The notes beneath the pieces were generated by a model. It was not told the origin of the DNA, did no database searches, and worked only from the letters and a program-made list of their open reading frames with translations. Below, piece after piece: positions 39,050 through 49,237 of a DNA stretch of 64,000 nucleotides. Source of the DNA: Pseudomonadota bacterium. Lineage in GTDB: Bacteria; Bdellovibrionota_G; JALEGL01; DATDPG01. The first letter of the stretch is position 1. Each line of letters opens with the position of its first letter. Location of the stretch: assembly GCA_043809315.1 (NCBI GenBank), contig JAZDDX010000010.1, forward strand, positions 16,019-80,018, read 5' to 3'. The position numbers and the translations under genes are program-made.

Positions 39050-39175
39050 AGCTCTTCTCCTCTCGGGCGCGGAGTATAGCACTCGCCTTCCCCATCGCAA
39101 TGACGTACGGCCTCCCATCTGAAGCCGTTTTCAGGTATGGTTACCCCCTCTTTCGTAAGGGGGAATTCTCGCAGC

Positions 39176-40642
39176 ATGCATCGGTTGTTTTTGGGACTGT
39201 CACTTTCGATCGCTTTCGTTCTGCCCGCAATCCATTCGTCCGCCCAGACCCCCCCCACCGAGCCTGAGGTCCAGGTCTTGGGGTGTAACACTGACTTCCC
39301 CTGCCCCGAACGCCTCCTTCCCGTCGTACGAGGCTGGATCCGATTCTTCACCACCCCGGACAGCATCGCTCTGATTCATGACTCCTCGATCGTCCAGAGG
39401 GTTTATTCGTCCGTCAAGATCCCTTCCCGAACGGATTTGGAGAAACGCATCCAAGAAATGGAAAGGGACGAGGACAAGAAAAAGGCTCGAGAGCGGTGGG
39501 CCAGGGAAAAGGAACAATTGGTCGGGAACGCTAAGAAAGAAAAATGGGACCTCCTCCAGACAACGGCGCGGAAGCTTCAGAAAGGTTCCACCACGTGGAC
39601 GAACGACGAGCTTGAGATCCGGAAGCTCGTCCGATCCGACAACCCCTCCTTCTTCCGCGAAGCGGCCAACCGCATCGTAGGGCGGGAGGGACTTCTCAAC
39701 GAGTTTCTGGAACGTCTTCCGGCATGGGCGGGTGATCTGCCGATGGTATGGGACAAGATCGACAGCCGTAACCTCCCCTGCGACGTGACTTACATTTCCC
39801 TCGCGGAATCGGTTTACCACCTGTATGCGCTGTCGAGTGCCGGGGCCAAGGGGCCGTATCAGATCATGCCGTCGACGGCCCGGGACTACGGGGGAAACCG
39901 ATGCAAGGGGGTGGACGAGTGCTTCGATCCGGAGGACGCTTCGGAGATCACCCTCGATTTCCTCAGTGATTCGTACCAACTGGTACTCGAGGCGCTTCAG
40001 TCCGTTGAAGAGAAAGCTGGGCGAGAACTCGCCGGCCCCTTCGTGATCACGGCATACAACGCCGGCCCCGGGCGCGTGAGCAACGCCATCAAGAGAATCC
40101 ACTCCACCGATTTCGTCGACGTTCTCTGGACGTACATCGACCCGTATTGGGGAATTGCCGTGCAGAATTATTATGCGACGTTCCTCGCCGCCCGGCATGT
40201 CGCCCTGAGTCTCGATCTCCCTGCGGCGGCTCCGTTCACTGCCGGGAAGGAACGGTTCCGTCTCGAGAAGGCGGTTTCGGCCGCGCGCGTCGCCTCCCTT
40301 CTTGGCATCGGCCTGGACCTCCTGCACGAGATGAACCCGGGCATGCGGATCCCCGGAACGAAGGAGAAGTGGACGACGATTCTTCCCAAGAACTACAACC
40401 TCCGGATCCCAGCACTCGACGAGGCTGCGCGAAAGACATTTCTGGCGGAATTGCAAAAGCCCGTTAAGGCGCGCAAGAAACCGCCAGCCAGGTTGTATAC
40501 GGTGGCCGTCGGGGACACGCTTTCGTCGATCGCAAGTAAGCACCAAATCTCGATCGACGAGCTTCTCGCGGCGAATCAAAACCTTCATCTGGACAAACCC
40601 GTCCGAGTCAGACAGAAGTTAGTGATCCCGAAAGCCAATTGA
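39176..40642 (+). CDS. Lytic transglycosylase with LysM domain (MltD-like)
   Basis: Signal peptide, AES, GPYQIMPSTA, AYNAGPG, C-terminal YTVAVGDTLSSIA. Confidence 0.85.
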   Translation: MHRLFLGLSLSIAFVLPAIHSSAQTPPTEPEVQVLGCNTDFPCPERLLPVVRGWIRFFTTPDSIALIHDSSIVQRVYSSVKIPSRTDLEKRIQEMERDEDKKKARERWAREKEQLVGNAKKEKWDLLQTTARKLQKGSTTWTNDELEIRKLVRSDNPSFFREAANRIVGREGLLNEFLERLPAWAGDLPMVWDKIDSRNLPCDVTYISLAESVYHLYALSSAGAKGPYQIMPSTARDYGGNRCKGVDECFDPEDASEITLDFLSDSYQLVLEALQSVEEKAGRELAGPFVITAYNAGPGRVSNAIKRIHSTDFVDVLWTYIDPYWGIAVQNYYATFLAARHVALSLDLPAAAPFTAGKERFRLEKAVSAARVASLLGIGLDLLHEMNPGMRIPGTKEKWTTILPKNYNLRIPALDEAARKTFLAELQKPVKARKKPPARLYTVAVGDTLSSIASKHQISIDELLAANQNLHLDKPVRVRQKLVIPKAN

Positions 40643-42786
40643 TGAACCACCGAATTCTTTCTCTCCTCGCGCTGGCCGCGATCGGCCTTCGGGCAGCTCA
40701 AGCAGCCGTGTCCCCAAGCCCCTCGCCTTCCCCGGCCGCGGCAGCCAAACCGGACCTGACCTGCAACGATCCCTTCCCGTGTCCCCCGGAACTTCGGGAC
40801 CGGATCCTGTTCTGGGCCGACGTCTTCGGAAAATGGGGAGCGAACCAGAGGATCCTGCACGGCAACCAGACCCCCGAGAGGGTCTACTCCGTTCTCGAAA
40901 CGTCGATCCCGTGCGGGAAGCGCAGGCACTCCCGTCGCGTGCGGAGTGAGAACAACGTGATCGAAACGGAACGGAAGAAGCTTAAGGCTCAACTTTTCGA
41001 CCTCGCTGACCGCCTGGATAGGGCGGAAAAGACCGTTCCCGAGTGGTCGTCGGAAGACCAGAAGATTCTCGCGCTGTTTCCCGCGCCGAACGGACTGACC
41101 CTCCGAGACGCCGCGGAGAACATCCGGTGCCAGGAAGGGAACCGGGATCGGTTCAAGGAAGGGGTCAAATCGTACGCTCGATATAAAGATATGGTGGTCG
41201 CGGAACTCGAGAAGGCAAAGCTGCCGACCGATCTTCAGTATCTTCCGTTCGTCGAATCTTCCTACAACCCGAGAGCTCTCTCCCGACTGAATGCTGCCGG
41301 AATGTGGCAGTTCATGCCCCGAGCAGCGCGCCTTTTCGGCCTCAAGGTCAAGAATACGCTGGACGAGCGGTTCGATCCGGAGAAATCGACGATAGCTGCA
41401 ACCAAGTATTTTAAGATGTCCTACGGAGATTTGGGGCCCGTTGCCGCACGCCTCGACCCCGAGCTCGAAAGAACCTCCCGAGAGAACCCCGCGACGATGC
41501 TCAATCGGCTCGGTCCGTTCGTCGTCACGTCGTACAACTACGGCCTCGCCGGAGTCCGCCGGGCCATGACGGAGGAGGGAACCGATTTCGTCCGGGTTCT
41601 CTTCAACTACAGCGGGCGGAGGTTCCGGACCGCGGTTCAGAATTTCTATGCCTCGTTTCTCGCAGCCCGGCACGTCGCCACGAAGATGACCGCCGCTCTC
41701 CCAACGACTCCATCGCAGGATCTCGCGCGATTCGAACTGCCCAAGAAGATCTCCGCCAAGAAGCTTTCTGAGCAACTGAACGTTCCCATCGACCAACTTC
41801 AGACTCTCAACCCCGCGCTCACCCGGGCGGTCTGGAGGGGGCGGCTTCCGATCCCCGAAGGATACACACTCCATCTTCCCAAGCGCGAAGGGGGATGGGA
41901 TCCGCTCCTCGCCTCGCTACTCCAAATGCCGATGGAGGTCACCGCCACCGAGGAATCGTATCGCGTGAAGGCGGGGGATACGCCGTGCGGAATCGCCCGG
42001 GACTATTCGGTGTCGTGCCAGACGCTGATCGCGGCCAACGACCTCGACGCCTCTGCGACGATCCGCGCGGGACAGATCCTCTTCATCCCGGCCCCAAAAC
42101 AGACCCCGACTTCGGCGTCCGCTCCGACCGAAGCGCCGAAGGTTGCGTTGGCTTCGACACCGCTGCCGACCCAGCCCCCGAAACCGGCCCCGACGGCGAG
42201 CCCCTTGCCGACCGCGGCGCCGGCGAAGACCCCCATACCGACGCCGTCGCCGAGCGCAACGCAGGTCGCGGAAACCAAGGTGGCGGCGGCCGAGACCTCC
42301 CGGGCGTTCGGAGCCGGTCAGGATCTCGCCGTGCATGAATCGAAAAAAGAGACCGCCAAGCTCTACGAGATCGTCGTGGAACCGGACGAGACGATCGGGC
42401 ACTACGCCGAGTGGCTGGCGTTCGACAACACGAGATCGATTCGGGCTTTGAACCGCCTCCAGAGCGGGGAGTCGGTCCAGCTCGGCCGGAAGATCCGTCT
42501 CCCGATCGGAACGGAGGAGATGAGAACGACGTTCGAGCGGCGCCGGATCGAGTACCACCGGACTCTCGAGGACGAATTCCACCAGCGGTACGAGGTGATC
42601 GGAACCGAGCCGTACACGATCAAGGCGGGGGACAGCGAATGGACGATCTCCTCCAACGAAGAGGTTCCGCTCTGGCTCCTCAAACGATTCAACCCCGAGC
42701 TCTTAAAAAAACCGCTCCGGATCGGCGACATCCTGACCCTTCCGATGATTCAGGAGAAAGTCGCTCCAAACGGCAGCCCGAAGTAA
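40642..42786 (+). CDS. Lytic transglycosylase with multiple LysM domains (MltD-like)
   Basis: VESSYNP, GMWQFMP, SYNYG, several LysM-like repeats, Pro/Thr linker. Confidence 0.9.
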   Translation: MNHRILSLLALAAIGLRAAQAAVSPSPSPSPAAAAKPDLTCNDPFPCPPELRDRILFWADVFGKWGANQRILHGNQTPERVYSVLETSIPCGKRRHSRRVRSENNVIETERKKLKAQLFDLADRLDRAEKTVPEWSSEDQKILALFPAPNGLTLRDAAENIRCQEGNRDRFKEGVKSYARYKDMVVAELEKAKLPTDLQYLPFVESSYNPRALSRLNAAGMWQFMPRAARLFGLKVKNTLDERFDPEKSTIAATKYFKMSYGDLGPVAARLDPELERTSRENPATMLNRLGPFVVTSYNYGLAGVRRAMTEEGTDFVRVLFNYSGRRFRTAVQNFYASFLAARHVATKMTAALPTTPSQDLARFELPKKISAKKLSEQLNVPIDQLQTLNPALTRAVWRGRLPIPEGYTLHLPKREGGWDPLLASLLQMPMEVTATEESYRVKAGDTPCGIARDYSVSCQTLIAANDLDASATIRAGQILFIPAPKQTPTSASAPTEAPKVALASTPLPTQPPKPAPTASPLPTAAPAKTPIPTPSPSATQVAETKVAAAETSRAFGAGQDLAVHESKKETAKLYEIVVEPDETIGHYAEWLAFDNTRSIRALNRLQSGESVQLGRKIRLPIGTEEMRTTFERRRIEYHRTLEDEFHQRYEVIGTEPYTIKAGDSEWTISSNEEVPLWLLKRFNPELLKKPLRIGDILTLPMIQEKVAPNGSPK

Positions 42787-42789
42787 ACC

Positions 42790-43758
42790 TCACCCCTCGG
42801 CCCGCAGTTCAGCCAGCGCAAATTCCAACTCGTTTGGTAGATTACTATCAAATGATTTAAACGAGTTGTTTGGCAATACCTCGAGTTCTAGTTTATGGGC
42901 ATGGAGGAAGTGCCGGTCGAGACGGATCCGGTCGATCTGTCGTTCCTTGGGCGTTTGATAAAGCCGGTCCCCTGCCAACGGGTGCCCAATCGAACTCAAG
43001 TGGACCCGGACCTGGTGCATTCGGCCGGTCTTCGTTCGTACCCGGAGAAGCGTGTACCCGATGAACCTCTCGACCGGCTCATAGGCCGTCCCGGCTTCGC
43101 GAACTTTCGATCGGTGGGGGATCTTCCCCGTCCCTTCCGGCGGGACGGCCACCATCTTCCTCGGGTTCGTCGCATGGTGCGCAAGCGGCGTTACGACCTC
43201 CCCTTTCGCTGAGACTTCCCCCAGAACGAGCGCCAGGTAGGTCTTCTTGACCTTCCTCTCGTCGAACTGCTGCCGCAGATGACGAAACGCCTCCTGCGTC
43301 CGGGCCACGGCCAAGAGCCCCGACGTGTCGGTGTCAAGGCGGTGGACGATACCGGGCCGGAGCGGATCCTCCCCGACTTCGACCAATCCCGGAAAACGAC
43401 CGACCAGAGCGTTTGCGAGCGTTTCCTTGTCTGTGAAATCGTTCGGATGCGTCGGCAGCCCCGCCGGCTTGTCGACGACGAGCATCTGGGGCGACTGCCA
43501 GACGATCGTTACCGGAATGTCCGGGTTCGGATCGATCCGGCGTTCCTCGGGGCGCTGGAACGGCTCCACCTCCACGCGGTCCCCCCTTCCCAGGGTGACC
43601 CCTTTCCGGCATTTCTTCCCGTTGACGGTCACGATCCCCAGCGCGATCAGCTCGGCAACGTAGGCCCGGGAGAGTCCTCTCAAACGATCGACCAGGAAGC
43701 GATCCAGGCGGATCGGTGACGTGTCGTCGTAAACGAGAATCTCGCGCTCCGTCGGCAT
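42790..43758 (-). CDS. RluA/RluD family pseudouridine synthase
   Basis: S4 domain (RLDRFL), DKPAG, HRLDTDTSG, TGRMHQVRVH, GDRLY. Confidence 0.93.
   Translation of the reverse strand: MPTEREILVYDDTSPIRLDRFLVDRLRGLSRAYVAELIALGIVTVNGKKCRKGVTLGRGDRVEVEPFQRPEERRIDPNPDIPVTIVWQSPQMLVVDKPAGLPTHPNDFTDKETLANALVGRFPGLVEVGEDPLRPGIVHRLDTDTSGLLAVARTQEAFRHLRQQFDERKVKKTYLALVLGEVSAKGEVVTPLAHHATNPRKMVAVPPEGTGKIPHRSKVREAGTAYEPVERFIGYTLLRVRTKTGRMHQVRVHLSSIGHPLAGDRLYQTPKERQIDRIRLDRHFLHAHKLELEVLPNNSFKSFDSNLPNELEFALAELRAEG
42826..42871 (+). terminator. Inverted repeat in an AT-rich patch, possible terminator between convergent genes
   Basis: CAACTCGTTT(42826-35) pairs with AAACGAGTTG(42859-68), followed by TTT. 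Confidence 0.3.
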
Positions 43759-43793
43759 CTCCTTTACACTAAGCGAATTCGGGGAGGTTTTCG

Positions 43794-44558
43794 ATGACGA
43801 TTCGAAAGTTGGTTCTTTTGCTTGTGCTGCTCGCGCCGGTCGCGAGGACGTTGGCCGATCCTCCGGTGACGGGGACCGCCACACCCGTCGCGTCTCCCAC
43901 CGTGGCACCGATCGTCGAGACGACTCCGATTCCCTCGCCAGCGGACGCAGCCGCGGCGACCCCGGCCCCCTCTCCGGAAACGACCGTAACCGCGACCCCC
44001 GTCCCGACAGCGACCGAGTCGCAGGTCGAGATCCAGGCGACCCCAGAGCCCGCCGAAAGAACCGAGCATGCTTCCCAGGAGACTGGCCACGTTGTGACCC
44101 CCGCAGATTTTCGCGAGATCTCCCTCTCGCTGCGCCCGGGATATGTCCGCGTTCAGACCGGCCCGGCCGGGTGGAGCGACCAGTCGCTCGGGCTCACGAC
44201 CGAGATTTCGATGTTCCTTCTCCCTCGTTTCGGCCTGAACGCCACGTATACCTATGTGCGATACGAGGCTCCGACCGCCGCCCACGAGCTCGGAGGGGGG
44301 CCGGTTTTTCGGTATCTCGAGACCGCCCATGTACGCGGATCGATCGGCGTTAACGCCCTGTGGGTAAACGTCCGCAACGGGAATCATCTCGGATGGAACG
44401 CCCTCGTGGATCTCATGGTCGGCTCCCGGCGCGCCACGTACCGTCCCTTCTTCGGTCCCTTCTTCCGGTACGACGACACGCTCCTTCCTGGGAAGGATGT
44501 CCGAGGATACACGATCGGCGCCGGATTCACGCTGACCGGTCTGGCGGACTGGGAATAA
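43794..44558 (+). CDS. Secreted/outer-membrane protein with Pro/Thr-rich stalk and small beta-barrel-like domain
   Basis: GGAGG RBS, signal peptide, P/T-rich tract, amphipathic strands. Confidence 0.65.
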   Translation: MTIRKLVLLLVLLAPVARTLADPPVTGTATPVASPTVAPIVETTPIPSPADAAAATPAPSPETTVTATPVPTATESQVEIQATPEPAERTEHASQETGHVVTPADFREISLSLRPGYVRVQTGPAGWSDQSLGLTTEISMFLLPRFGLNATYTYVRYEAPTAAHELGGGPVFRYLETAHVRGSIGVNALWVNVRNGNHLGWNALVDLMVGSRRATYRPFFGPFFRYDDTLLPGKDVRGYTIGAGFTLTGLADWE

Positions 44559-44603
44559 TCTCCGAACCGTTGACCGCTTCTCTCTCCGGGCGGTACCATA
44601 TGA

Positions 44604-45860
44604 ATGTTGTCCCGCACGCCGTACCCACTCCTGGGAGTCGTTCTCGCCATTCTCATCGCCGTCTGGACCCTTCCGGGCGAACGGGCGATCTCGCTCGAAG
44701 GGGCGGCCAAAGTCGAGTACCTGTTGCGGGCTCTCGAGACCGGCGGTGATTTTAAGGTTCGGATCGCGGCGGCCGACGGCCTAGGGAAGATCGCCGACGG
44801 CACCGTAGCCGACTGGATGGTTCGCGCTTTTCGCCAGGAGACGAACCCGGCGGTTCGTCTGGCGATCCTGTATGCCGTCGGCGCGATCCCGGATCACCGG
44901 ATCCTCCCCCCTGTTCTCGAGGTGGCGAACGAGGAGGTTCTGAGCGACGTGGAGTTCCTTGCGATCGAACGGATCCTCTGGAACTTCCGCGCGGCGTTCG
45001 CGGTCAACGAGTGGGAACGGACGGCAATCTATTCGACCGATCGGTCGGAGCGGGCGACCGCGGCCTGGCTCCTGGGAATCGCCGGAAGACCCTCGAGTCT
45101 CCACACCCTGCTTCTCGCGTTGACCGATCGCGAAGCGTACGTACGCCTCCGGGCGGTTCAGGGGATCACACGCCTCGGGATGAAAGAGGGACAGCCGGCC
45201 TGTGCCCGTGCCGCGCGAGCGGACCCGGACATCGTCGTCCGGCGCGAAGCCGCGAACTGCATCACGATGATCGGGCTGATGAATACGGGCCGACTTCCGG
45301 ACGATCGGAACCACCGAGTCAATCTGAAATCCGACTTGAGCGGGCTCGAAACCGCCGCCGTAACTCCCGAAACGTTCCGGAGTTACCTCAAGAAGAACGT
45401 GAACCCGCGCGCCGTGGACGTCGCCGCGGCCGCGCTCCGGCCGAACCAGGTGGAGGAACGGAAGGATCGGACGATTCCGCTCGTGACCGACGAGAGGATC
45501 CGCGACACGTTCAAGCTCGACGCAAGCGTCATCACGGCCTACCTCTTCCGAACCTCCGAGCTGAACCGGCTCCGTGAAACGGTCCGAGAACAGGCGGGAT
45601 CGGTGAATCAATGCTATCTCCGGGGGCTTGCCAAGCACCCGCACCTCGGCGGGAGCGTCACCCTCCGGTTCCGGGTTCTCGCGACGGGGGTCGTTTCCGA
45701 GGTCGAGGTTCCGGCATCGACTCTTCCAGATGAGGAAGTCACCGCCTGCATTGCCGGGAAGGTGAAAGAGATCCGCTTCCCTTCCATTCCGCTCGCGTTC
45801 GTGACGATGAACTACACGTACACCTTCGCCCCGCCGAAGGACGAAAAGATCGAATTCTAA
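44604..45860 (+). CDS. HEAT-repeat protein with AgmX/PglI-type (TonB-C-like) C-terminal domain
   Basis: VR..AA..LG repeats; C-terminal QCY...L.G.V.LRF.V...G.V......ST.....V..CI......RFP. Confidence 0.75.
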   Translation: MLSRTPYPLLGVVLAILIAVWTLPGERAISLEGAAKVEYLLRALETGGDFKVRIAAADGLGKIADGTVADWMVRAFRQETNPAVRLAILYAVGAIPDHRILPPVLEVANEEVLSDVEFLAIERILWNFRAAFAVNEWERTAIYSTDRSERATAAWLLGIAGRPSSLHTLLLALTDREAYVRLRAVQGITRLGMKEGQPACARAARADPDIVVRREAANCITMIGLMNTGRLPDDRNHRVNLKSDLSGLETAAVTPETFRSYLKKNVNPRAVDVAAAALRPNQVEERKDRTIPLVTDERIRDTFKLDASVITAYLFRTSELNRLRETVREQAGSVNQCYLRGLAKHPHLGGSVTLRFRVLATGVVSEVEVPASTLPDEEVTACIAGKVKEIRFPSIPLAFVTMNYTYTFAPPKDEKIEF

Positions 45861-46417
45861 TCGCTGGTTTGAATCGTCGCTGAAAGGTCAGCACAGAGAG
45901 CTTTGCATTTCTCGAGCTTGGCGGGATCTCGGCTCGCGGTTTCGAGTGCCGCGCGGAGTTCGTCCACCTTGCTCTTTTGGGCCACTCCCCGTGCCGCAAG
46001 TTGCTCGATCAACGCACTCAACGAATCGAAGAACTCCCGGAATTCGTCGCGACTCCTCACCTTGTCGAGCGGCTTGAGCTTCCCCCCCTCCGCGATCTCC
46101 TCGAGATACTTCCGGACCCGGAACATCGGCCCGGCGATCCGGTGCGTGAGAAGAACTCCCAAGACCACGAGGCTCGCGATCTGAAGGATGAAAACCCCGA
46201 TCAGGTACCAGAGGACGTGGTAGTCCTGCGCCTGCACCAGGCCGAGGGCATCCAGGTTCTGGATCTTGAGAATCTCCGTGCGGGCCAACTCCCCTTTGTA
46301 GAGCTGGTAGCCGAAGATGATGAACAGCAAGCTCGAAACCGCTACCACCATCCCCGTGTACTTCATCTGAAAGCGACGATCGACCAGGTATTGTCGTTTC
46401 CGGATTTCGTCAGCCAT
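45857..46417 (-). CDS. Small 2-TM membrane protein with HAMP-like segment
   Basis: RKRQYLVDRRFQMKY, THRIAGP..R, R.RDEF. Confidence 0.7.
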   Translation of the reverse strand: MADEIRKRQYLVDRRFQMKYTGMVVAVSSLLFIIFGYQLYKGELARTEILKIQNLDALGLVQAQDYHVLWYLIGVFILQIASLVVLGVLLTHRIAGPMFRVRKYLEEIAEGGKLKPLDKVRSRDEFREFFDSLSALIEQLAARGVAQKSKVDELRAALETASRDPAKLEKCKALCADLSATIQTSD

Positions 46418-47738
46418 CGGTCGTCTCCTTTCTGCGGGTTGTCTCTTTTCGTCCCGTACCGATCAGCGTGGGCCGGGAGAAAAACGAGTCGAGGATCTCG
46501 CGGGAAAGTTGTGCGGGTTTGACGCGCCAGATCCGATGGTGAACCAGAACCATGCCGATCGCGATGGAGCGGTTCGGCCCGGCGGCATACCCCACGAACC
46601 AGAGGTTCTTTCCCGGAGGGTTCTGGCCCGTCAGCGATCCGGTCTTCCCGCCGATATCGAGCCGACCTAGAACCCGGTCATTCTCCAGACGACGGAACCC
46701 GCGGTGCGCCGTCCCTCCGCGCGCGATCGTCTTGGCCATCATCAGGCGAAGTTCTCGCGCCGTCTCTTCGCTCATCGGGCGCGTCCAGACGGTGGAACCG
46801 GACCGATACACCTCCGTTCCCGCGTCGTCGGTCACCCGTTGCACGATGCGCGGGGTCACCATCCTGCCGCCGTTCACGACGGCCGATGCGATGAGCGCGC
46901 CATGGAGCGGGCTTAGGGTGGCGCCTCGAAAGCCCGCCGCCATCCGCGCCGAGTCGACGGCATCCTCGTCTTCATCCGTCTCCTCGGTGTCCGAGGAACC
47001 GGCCAGGCTCACGCCGATCGCAAGCTCGAACGGGATCCTCGCGTTGAACCCGAAGCGCCCGGCATATTCCAGGAGCGTTGCCCCCCCCACCCGGAGCCCG
47101 AGCTGCCCGAACACCTTGTTTTCCGATTTCGCGAACGCCTGTTCCACGGTCGCGACGTTGTTCCCGCCCGGTTTCGAAATGTCCGACGGGCGGATCGTCC
47201 CCTCATCCCGGCGCGAGCGGAGCCGGTAGGCGATGGACGACGTCCTTCCGACGAGATTCTGATCCAGCGCCGCCGTCGCGGTCACGATCTTGAAGATGGA
47301 TGCGGCCGGAAACGTCGCACGCAACGCCAGGGGACCTGCCCCCGCCTCTTTCTCCGAATGGGATGCCAGGGCCAAGACCTCTCCGGTACCGGAATCGATC
47401 ACCGCAACCCCGCCCCAATCGACCCGGTAGGCCCGGAGTTTCTTCTGAATGAACCGCTGGAGCTCCGTATCCAGAGAAAGCGTCGCCCTGAAACGCTTCA
47501 AACCGTGGTTCACCGTGACTTCGGTGACCGGCTGGGAAAGGATTTCCGGCGTCAAAGCGTTAAGGAGCTCGACCGAATCGAACGGCAGCGCCGACGGGAT
47601 CTCCGGATCCGGATTCGAGCGGTAAAGAGTCAAGAGAGCGGGGATCGAAACCGCCATGAGGAGGAGCCCGAGAAGCACCCCCCTCGGGATCCGAAACGGC
47701 CATGACTTCTTGCGCTGTTGATATTCTTTCCAGCTCAC
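46410..47738 (-). CDS. Penicillin-binding transpeptidase, compact class B-like
   Basis: SxxK (ASIFK), SxN (SEN) and KTG motifs; single N-terminal TM; GTG start inferred. Confidence 0.88.
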   Translation of the reverse strand: MSWKEYQQRKKSWPFRIPRGVLLGLLLMAVSIPALLTLYRSNPDPEIPSALPFDSVELLNALTPEILSQPVTEVTVNHGLKRFRATLSLDTELQRFIQKKLRAYRVDWGGVAVIDSGTGEVLALASHSEKEAGAGPLALRATFPAASIFKIVTATAALDQNLVGRTSSIAYRLRSRRDEGTIRPSDISKPGGNNVATVEQAFAKSENKVFGQLGLRVGGATLLEYAGRFGFNARIPFELAIGVSLAGSSDTEETDEDEDAVDSARMAAGFRGATLSPLHGALIASAVVNGGRMVTPRIVQRVTDDAGTEVYRSGSTVWTRPMSEETARELRLMMAKTIARGGTAHRGFRRLENDRVLGRLDIGGKTGSLTGQNPPGKNLWFVGYAAGPNRSIAIGMVLVHHRIWRVKPAQLSREILDSFFSRPTLIGTGRKETTRRKETTDG

Positions 47739-47787
47739 AGGCGGTGCTACTCTCGAGCGAAAGAGTAACACAACTGAAGGGAATCCC

Positions 47788-49149
47788 CTAGCGAGCGGCC
47801 CGCGCAACCGCGCGAAATCTTTTCCAGATTAGGAAAACCGGAATCCCGGAGAGCAAGACGAGAGAACCGACCGCCGCCTGTGAAAAAGACCGGATGCAGA
47901 TGTTCCCAAGCAAGGCCGCCGTACCTCCGGCGAACACGATCGAGGTGAACGGATGCCCCCAGGCGCGATATCGCTCCGGTGAAACATCCGCCTTCCGTCG
48001 GAGGCAAACGAGAGCGAGCACCGCCCCGAGGTGGAAGAGGAGCGAGACGAAGATGTAGCAAGTCACGATCTCCGCGAGACTCCAGAACCAGATGAGGGGG
48101 ATCGCCAGCAGCGCCTGGATCACGTTCGCCGCGATCGGCGTCCGGACCGCGGTTTCCACCCGCCGCGCCCAGGAGAAAAAATTCCCGTCCACCGCCATCG
48201 TGAAAAAAAGCCTCGACCCAGCCAGCGCCGTGGAGTTGAGAGCCCCGAAGGTCGCCACGACGAGGAGCGCCGCCATCAAGATCCCTCCAAACGGCCCCAG
48301 AAGGCGCACCATCACGTCGGACGCCACATGCCTCGATCCTGCCACCCCCGGAACCGAGAGGACGTTAAGAAACGCGATGTTCACCAGCAAATAGAGAGCC
48401 GTCACCCCGGCGCATCCGAGAATCAAGGAACGGTGGATCGTTTTTCCCGGGGTTTCGATCTCCCCTGCCACCATCGAGAGCTCGCTCCACCCGTCGTACG
48501 TCCAATAAATCATCACCAGCGCCGCTCCCATCGCGCTCAAGCCGGATCGGTCCCACACGAATCGATCGATCGCCCCCGGAGGATGAAACCCTGATCCTCC
48601 TGCGACTAGGAGCGCACTAACGACGATCAGAAGGAGCGCCGCGACCTTGACGACGGTCAGACGGTTCTGCAGCTTCCCCTTTACCTGGACCCCGACGGAG
48701 GTGACGATCGAAGCGGCGAGGATCGCACAGATCGCGATCAGCGCCCCGGTCGAGCCCCCATCCGGCGGGAGGAAATACTCCATGTAGTCGGCGAAAACGA
48801 TCGCGATCACCGCCAGCCACGCCGGTCGGACGATGAGGAGCTGCCCCCATCCAAACAAAAAGCTGGTGAGCGGGCCGAAACATTCCCGGAACGAGACATA
48901 GATTCCGCCCGTTCGAGGCCAGGCGGATGCCAGCTCGGCATGGATGAGGGAGCCGAGAAAGGACATCCCACCTCCCAAGGCCCAAACGAGAAGAATCGGG
49001 CCGACGGCGCCGAGCTCCCGCGCCACCTCGGTCGGGATCCGGAAGATCCCCACACCGACCATCACGCCGGTCACCAGCGCCACAGAGTCGCGTACATCGA
49101 GCATTCGCGTGAGCTTCGGGCGAATCTCTGCACTCGGGACGTTCAACAC
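47788..49149 (-). CDS. APC family amino acid permease
   Basis: VGVGIFRIP, AELASAWP.TGG.Y, YDGW...AGE; about 12 TM. Confidence 0.9.
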   Translation of the reverse strand: MLNVPSAEIRPKLTRMLDVRDSVALVTGVMVGVGIFRIPTEVARELGAVGPILLVWALGGGMSFLGSLIHAELASAWPRTGGIYVSFRECFGPLTSFLFGWGQLLIVRPAWLAVIAIVFADYMEYFLPPDGGSTGALIAICAILAASIVTSVGVQVKGKLQNRLTVVKVAALLLIVVSALLVAGGSGFHPPGAIDRFVWDRSGLSAMGAALVMIYWTYDGWSELSMVAGEIETPGKTIHRSLILGCAGVTALYLLVNIAFLNVLSVPGVAGSRHVASDVMVRLLGPFGGILMAALLVVATFGALNSTALAGSRLFFTMAVDGNFFSWARRVETAVRTPIAANVIQALLAIPLIWFWSLAEIVTCYIFVSLLFHLGAVLALVCLRRKADVSPERYRAWGHPFTSIVFAGGTAALLGNICIRSFSQAAVGSLVLLSGIPVFLIWKRFRAVARAAR

Positions 49150-49237
49150 GTCTCCTTTCCTGTACGGGGAAGCAGCCCGATTATCTTCGCGACCGGAATT
49201 AAATACAAACCTTTCCGCATCCGGATTATGAATACCG

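Noticed and set aside
39143-39163. CCCCCT...AGGGGG hairpin covering a possible RBS
   Set aside because: Short stem; too little evidence for a regulatory RNA
42100-42300. Repetitive Pro/Thr/Ala-coding DNA (also 43860-44050)
   Set aside because: Low-complexity protein linkers, not a repeat array or CRISPR
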